Positions 60,983 through 64,000 of a stretch of DNA of 64,000 nucleotides are shown here, one piece after another. Location: assembly GCA_963844035.1 (NCBI GenBank), contig CAWJMT010000003.1, forward strand, positions 224,001 through 288,000. Reading direction: 5' to 3'. The notes beneath the pieces are model-generated. The model did not search any database, had not been told where the DNA came from, and saw nothing but the letters and a program-made list of their open reading frames with translations. How positions within the stretch are numbered: the first letter of the stretch is position 1; each line of letters starts with the position of its first letter. The stretch is from an uncultured Gemmatimonadales bacterium (GTDB taxonomy: Bacteria; Gemmatimonadota; Gemmatimonadetes; Gemmatimonadales; GWC2-71-9). The position numbers were made by a program, and so were the translations under genes.

Positions 60983-61252
60983 ATGTGGATACTCGCTGTC
61001 ATCCTGCTGGTCGCGCTCATGATTCCGATCGCCGCGATCCTCGCGGATTCGCCCCTCGGGCGCTCGATCGCGCTCCGCCTGGAGGGGCGTGGCGACAAGG
61101 GGGCGGCGGATGCGACGGTGCAGCTGCTCGAGCGACGCATAGCGGTACTGGAGAGTGACATTGAGGACTTGACGCGCTCGGTCGGGGGCATGCGGGACGA
61201 GCTCCAGTTCATGCAGCGCCTGCTGGAAGACCCCAAGAAGAAATCATCCTGA
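60983..61252 (+). CDS. Small membrane-anchored coiled-coil protein
   Basis: N-terminal TM, DSPLGR, heptad C-terminus. Confidence 0.65.
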   Translation: MWILAVILLVALMIPIAAILADSPLGRSIALRLEGRGDKGAADATVQLLERRIAVLESDIEDLTRSVGGMRDELQFMQRLLEDPKKKSS

Positions 61253-61254
61253 CG

Positions 61255-62840
61255 GTGCCGGACGCTGCGCCGGGCGCGGGAGACGGGAGGGGGAGGCCGT
61301 CACGCCGCTCAGGTCGCCGCCGGCATCTTCGTCACGCGCGTGTTGGGCTACGCGCGCGAGCGGGTATTCGCGTACTACTTCGGCAACACCAGTGTCGGCG
61401 CCGACGCCTTCCGCGCCGCGCTGCGGATCCCCAACGCGATTCGCAACCTGCTCGGGGAAGGCACGCTCTCCGCTTCGTTCATCCCCGTCTACGCCGCCCT
61501 CAATCAGCGGTCCGACAAACAGGCAGCGCGGGCGCTCGCCGGCGCGGTGCTGGGCCTGCTGCTCCTCGCCACGGGCGTGCTTGCGGCGCTCGGGATCGGC
61601 TTCGCGCCGGCCATCACGACGTTGATCGCGAAAGGGTTCGACGCGCCGCGCCGCGAGCTGACCGTCACACTGGTGCGCATCCTGTTTCCCATGACCGGGC
61701 TGATGGTCGTCTCGGCCTGGTGCTCTGGGCATTCTCAACACGCACCGGCGGTTCTTCCTCCCGTACGCCGCGCCGGCGCTCTGGAACGTCGCGGGGATGG
61801 TCGCGATGGCGGCCGCGGGCACGTGGTTCGCCAACCGCTCGCTGCCGCTGGAGGCGCAGATGCACCGCCTGTCGCTGGCGCTGGCGTGGGGCACGGTCGT
61901 GGGCGCGCTGCTCCAGGTCGGAATTCAGCTTCCGGCATGTTGGCGGCTGTTGCACGGCATCGCGATCCGGTTCAGTGTCGCGCCGGAGGGGGTGCGCGGC
62001 GTGCTGGCGGCCTGGCTGCCGCTCGTGCTGGGCGCCGGCGTAGCGCAGGTCTCCGGGTTCGTGGACACGCTGCTGGGCTCGTTTACGGGGGCCGGGGGCG
62101 TGTCCGCGCTCGGCTACGCCCAACTGGTCCAGGTGCTGCCGGTGAGCCTGTTCGGGGTGTCGGTGGCGGCGGTGTCGTTGCCGGAGCTGTCGCGCGACGC
62201 TGCCGCCGCTCTTCCCAACGACCTCCTGCGCGCCCGGATCGCGACCGCGTTCCGGCGGATCACGTTCTTCGTGCTCCCGTCGGCGTTTGCGTTCGCCGCG
62301 CTCGGCCCCGTGATCGTCGGCGCGCTGTTCCAGACCGGGCGGTTCGGCGCCGACGACACGGCGCTCGTCGGCGGCGTGCTGGCCGCATACGGTGTCGGCC
62401 TGGTGGGGCAGGCGACGGTGAAACTGTTCGCGTCCGGGTTCTACGCGCTGCGCGACACCCGCACTCCGGTCGCCATCGCGATATTGTCGCTCCTCGTGTC
62501 CACGGCGCTGGCCGTCGTCTTCATGCGCTGGTACGGGCCGGCGGGAATTGCCCTCGGCTCGTCACTCGGGGCCACGCTCAACGTCGTGTTGAACCTGCAT
62601 CGGTTGGATCGACGTATCGGCGCCGTGCTTGGTCGCGCCGACTGGCGGGCGGCGGCGGTGAGCGGGGGCGCGGCTGCTGCCGCTGCGGCGGCCGCCGTCG
62701 CAGCCTCTCATGCCGCGAGCGGCGCCGGGCCGGTGCTCCTGGCCGTTGTCAGTCTAGGTATTTTTGCAGGGACGTACCTTGGCCTGGTCATAGCGCTCAA
62801 GCACCCCGACGCCGCCCGTCTGTGGAAACTCGTGAGCTGA
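61255..62840 (+). CDS. murJ: Lipid II flippase MurJ (frameshifted)
   Basis: TRVLGYARE, ADAF..RIPNAIRNLLGEGTLSASFIP, QVLPVSLFG, FQTGRF, FYALRDTRTP. Confidence 0.92.
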
Positions 62841-64000
62841 TCGCCCGCAAGCTCGACGCCCTGCCCGACAAGCCCGGCGTCTATCTGTGGAAGAATGCCG
62901 CCGGTGAGATCCTCTACGTAGGCAAGGCCAAGAGCCTGCGCTCACGGGTCTCGAGCTACCTCGGTCCGGACGCCGGCTCCACCCCGGAGCGCGCCGCCCT
63001 GGTGCGCCAGATCGCCGATGTCGAGACGATCGTGGTGCCAAGCGAGCCGCAGGCGCTGCTGCTCGAGAACAACCTCATCAAGGAGCACCGGCCCCGGTTC
63101 AACATCCGGCTCACCGACGACAAGAGCTATCCCCGCATCGCGGTGACCCTGGCGGAGCCGTTTCCTCGTGTGCTCGTGGTACGGCGCCTCAACATCCCGG
63201 GTGCACGTTATTTCGGTCCCTACACGGACGTCGCGACGCTGCGGCAGACCCTGAAAATCATCCGCCGCATTTTCACCGTCCGTTCCTGCACCTGGAACCT
63301 GCCGGACGAGGCGCCCGACCGGCCCTGCCTCGACTACCACATCGACCGGTGTAAAGCCCCGTGCGTGGGATACCAGGCCCAGGCGGAATACCGCGGCATG
63401 ATCGACGACGTGCTGGTCTTTCTCGAGGGCAAGACGGTGGATGTCCGGACGCGGTTGCGGGGGCGCATGCAGGAGGCGTCCGGGACCCTCGCCTTCGAGC
63501 GGGCGGCACAGCTGCGGGATGCCTTGAAATGGCTCGACCAGGTGGAACAGCCCCAGGCGATGGAGGTTGTGGGCGGCGGGCATGCCGACGCGATCGGGCT
63601 CGCGCGTGACGGGGACGACGCGTGCGGAGTCATCCTGCGCGTTCGCGACGGCCGCATGATCGCGCGTGAGCATCGCTTTCTCGAGAACGTGGAGCACGAG
63701 CGTGATGGCGCCATTCTGAGCGCTTTTCTCGTCCGATTCTACCTGCCCCTCGAGCAGCGCGCCGAGCGCGTGTTCCTCCCGTTCGCGCCGGACGATCTGG
63801 ATCCGCTGCAGGCGCTAGTGAGCGGTGTGGAGTGGCATGTGCCGCAACGCGGCACGGGCGCCAAGCTGGTGGAGCTGGCCGATCAGAACGCGCGGCATTT
63901 GCTCGAAAGCCTGATGATCGAGAGCTTCGACATCGAGGAGCGGGCCGCCGATCCGGTATATGCGCTGGGCCGGGATCTTGGACTCACCGTGGTGCCGCGC
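62822..64000 (+). CDS. uvrC: Excinuclease ABC subunit C (3' truncated by window)
   Basis: Own translation from GTG 62822: LPDKPGVYLWK..ILYVGKAKSLR..EAQALLLENNLIK..PRFNIRLTDDKSYP..YFGPY..CLDYHIDRCKAPC..FERAAQLRD. Confidence 0.96.
   Translation, partial: METRELIARKLDALPDKPGVYLWKNAAGEILYVGKAKSLRSRVSSYLGPDAGSTPERAALVRQIADVETIVVPSEPQALLLENNLIKEHRPRFNIRLTDDKSYPRIAVTLAEPFPRVLVVRRLNIPGARYFGPYTDVATLRQTLKIIRRIFTVRSCTWNLPDEAPDRPCLDYHIDRCKAPCVGYQAQAEYRGMIDDVLVFLEGKTVDVRTRLRGRMQEASGTLAFERAAQLRDALKWLDQVEQPQAMEVVGGGHADAIGLARDGDDACGVILRVRDGRMIAREHRFLENVEHERDGAILSAFLVRFYLPLEQRAERVFLPFAPDDLDPLQALVSGVEWHVPQRGTGAKLVELADQNARHLLESLMIESFDIEERAADPVYALGRDLGLTVVPR

Overview
High-GC bacterial chromosome segment, most likely phylum Gemmatimonadota (inferred from 16S motifs and gene repertoire, not from a database search). 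Many genes, including essential ones, carry 1-bp frameshifts that look like long-read indel errors, so frameshifted genes are treated as intact. Contents: tatD-ridA-tRNA-Sec; Sfp PPTase, S46 peptidase, lipid kinase, lpxH, HEAT-cyclophilin, lptE, antiporter, rfaE2, rdgB; an accessory block of secreted proteins between tRNA-Pro and tRNA-Arg; a complete 16S-23S-5S operon without spacer tRNAs; a ~1400-aa GGDEF-STAND ATPase-HEAT gene; terC-era-Trm112-PorV-like; and a long co-oriented run (DGC, prfB with programmed frameshift, lysS, lolC/D, mcsA-mcsB-clpC, bamA, skp, lipid A genes, gdh, rlmH, AMMECR1, bshC, murJ, uvrC). Best leads: (1) the GGDEF-STAND-HEAT gene with a clean in-frame UGA inside a duplicated domain, in a genome that has tRNA-Sec; (2) an OM beta-barrel fused to an NlpC/P60 domain lacking its catalytic Cys, coupled to a protease-less PDZ protein; (3) inverted 8-mer repeat hairpins that encode signal peptides; (4) McsAB-ClpC coupled into the envelope/lipid A operon without ctsR; (5) recurrent leaderless-promoter signatures and two CRP-like boxes.
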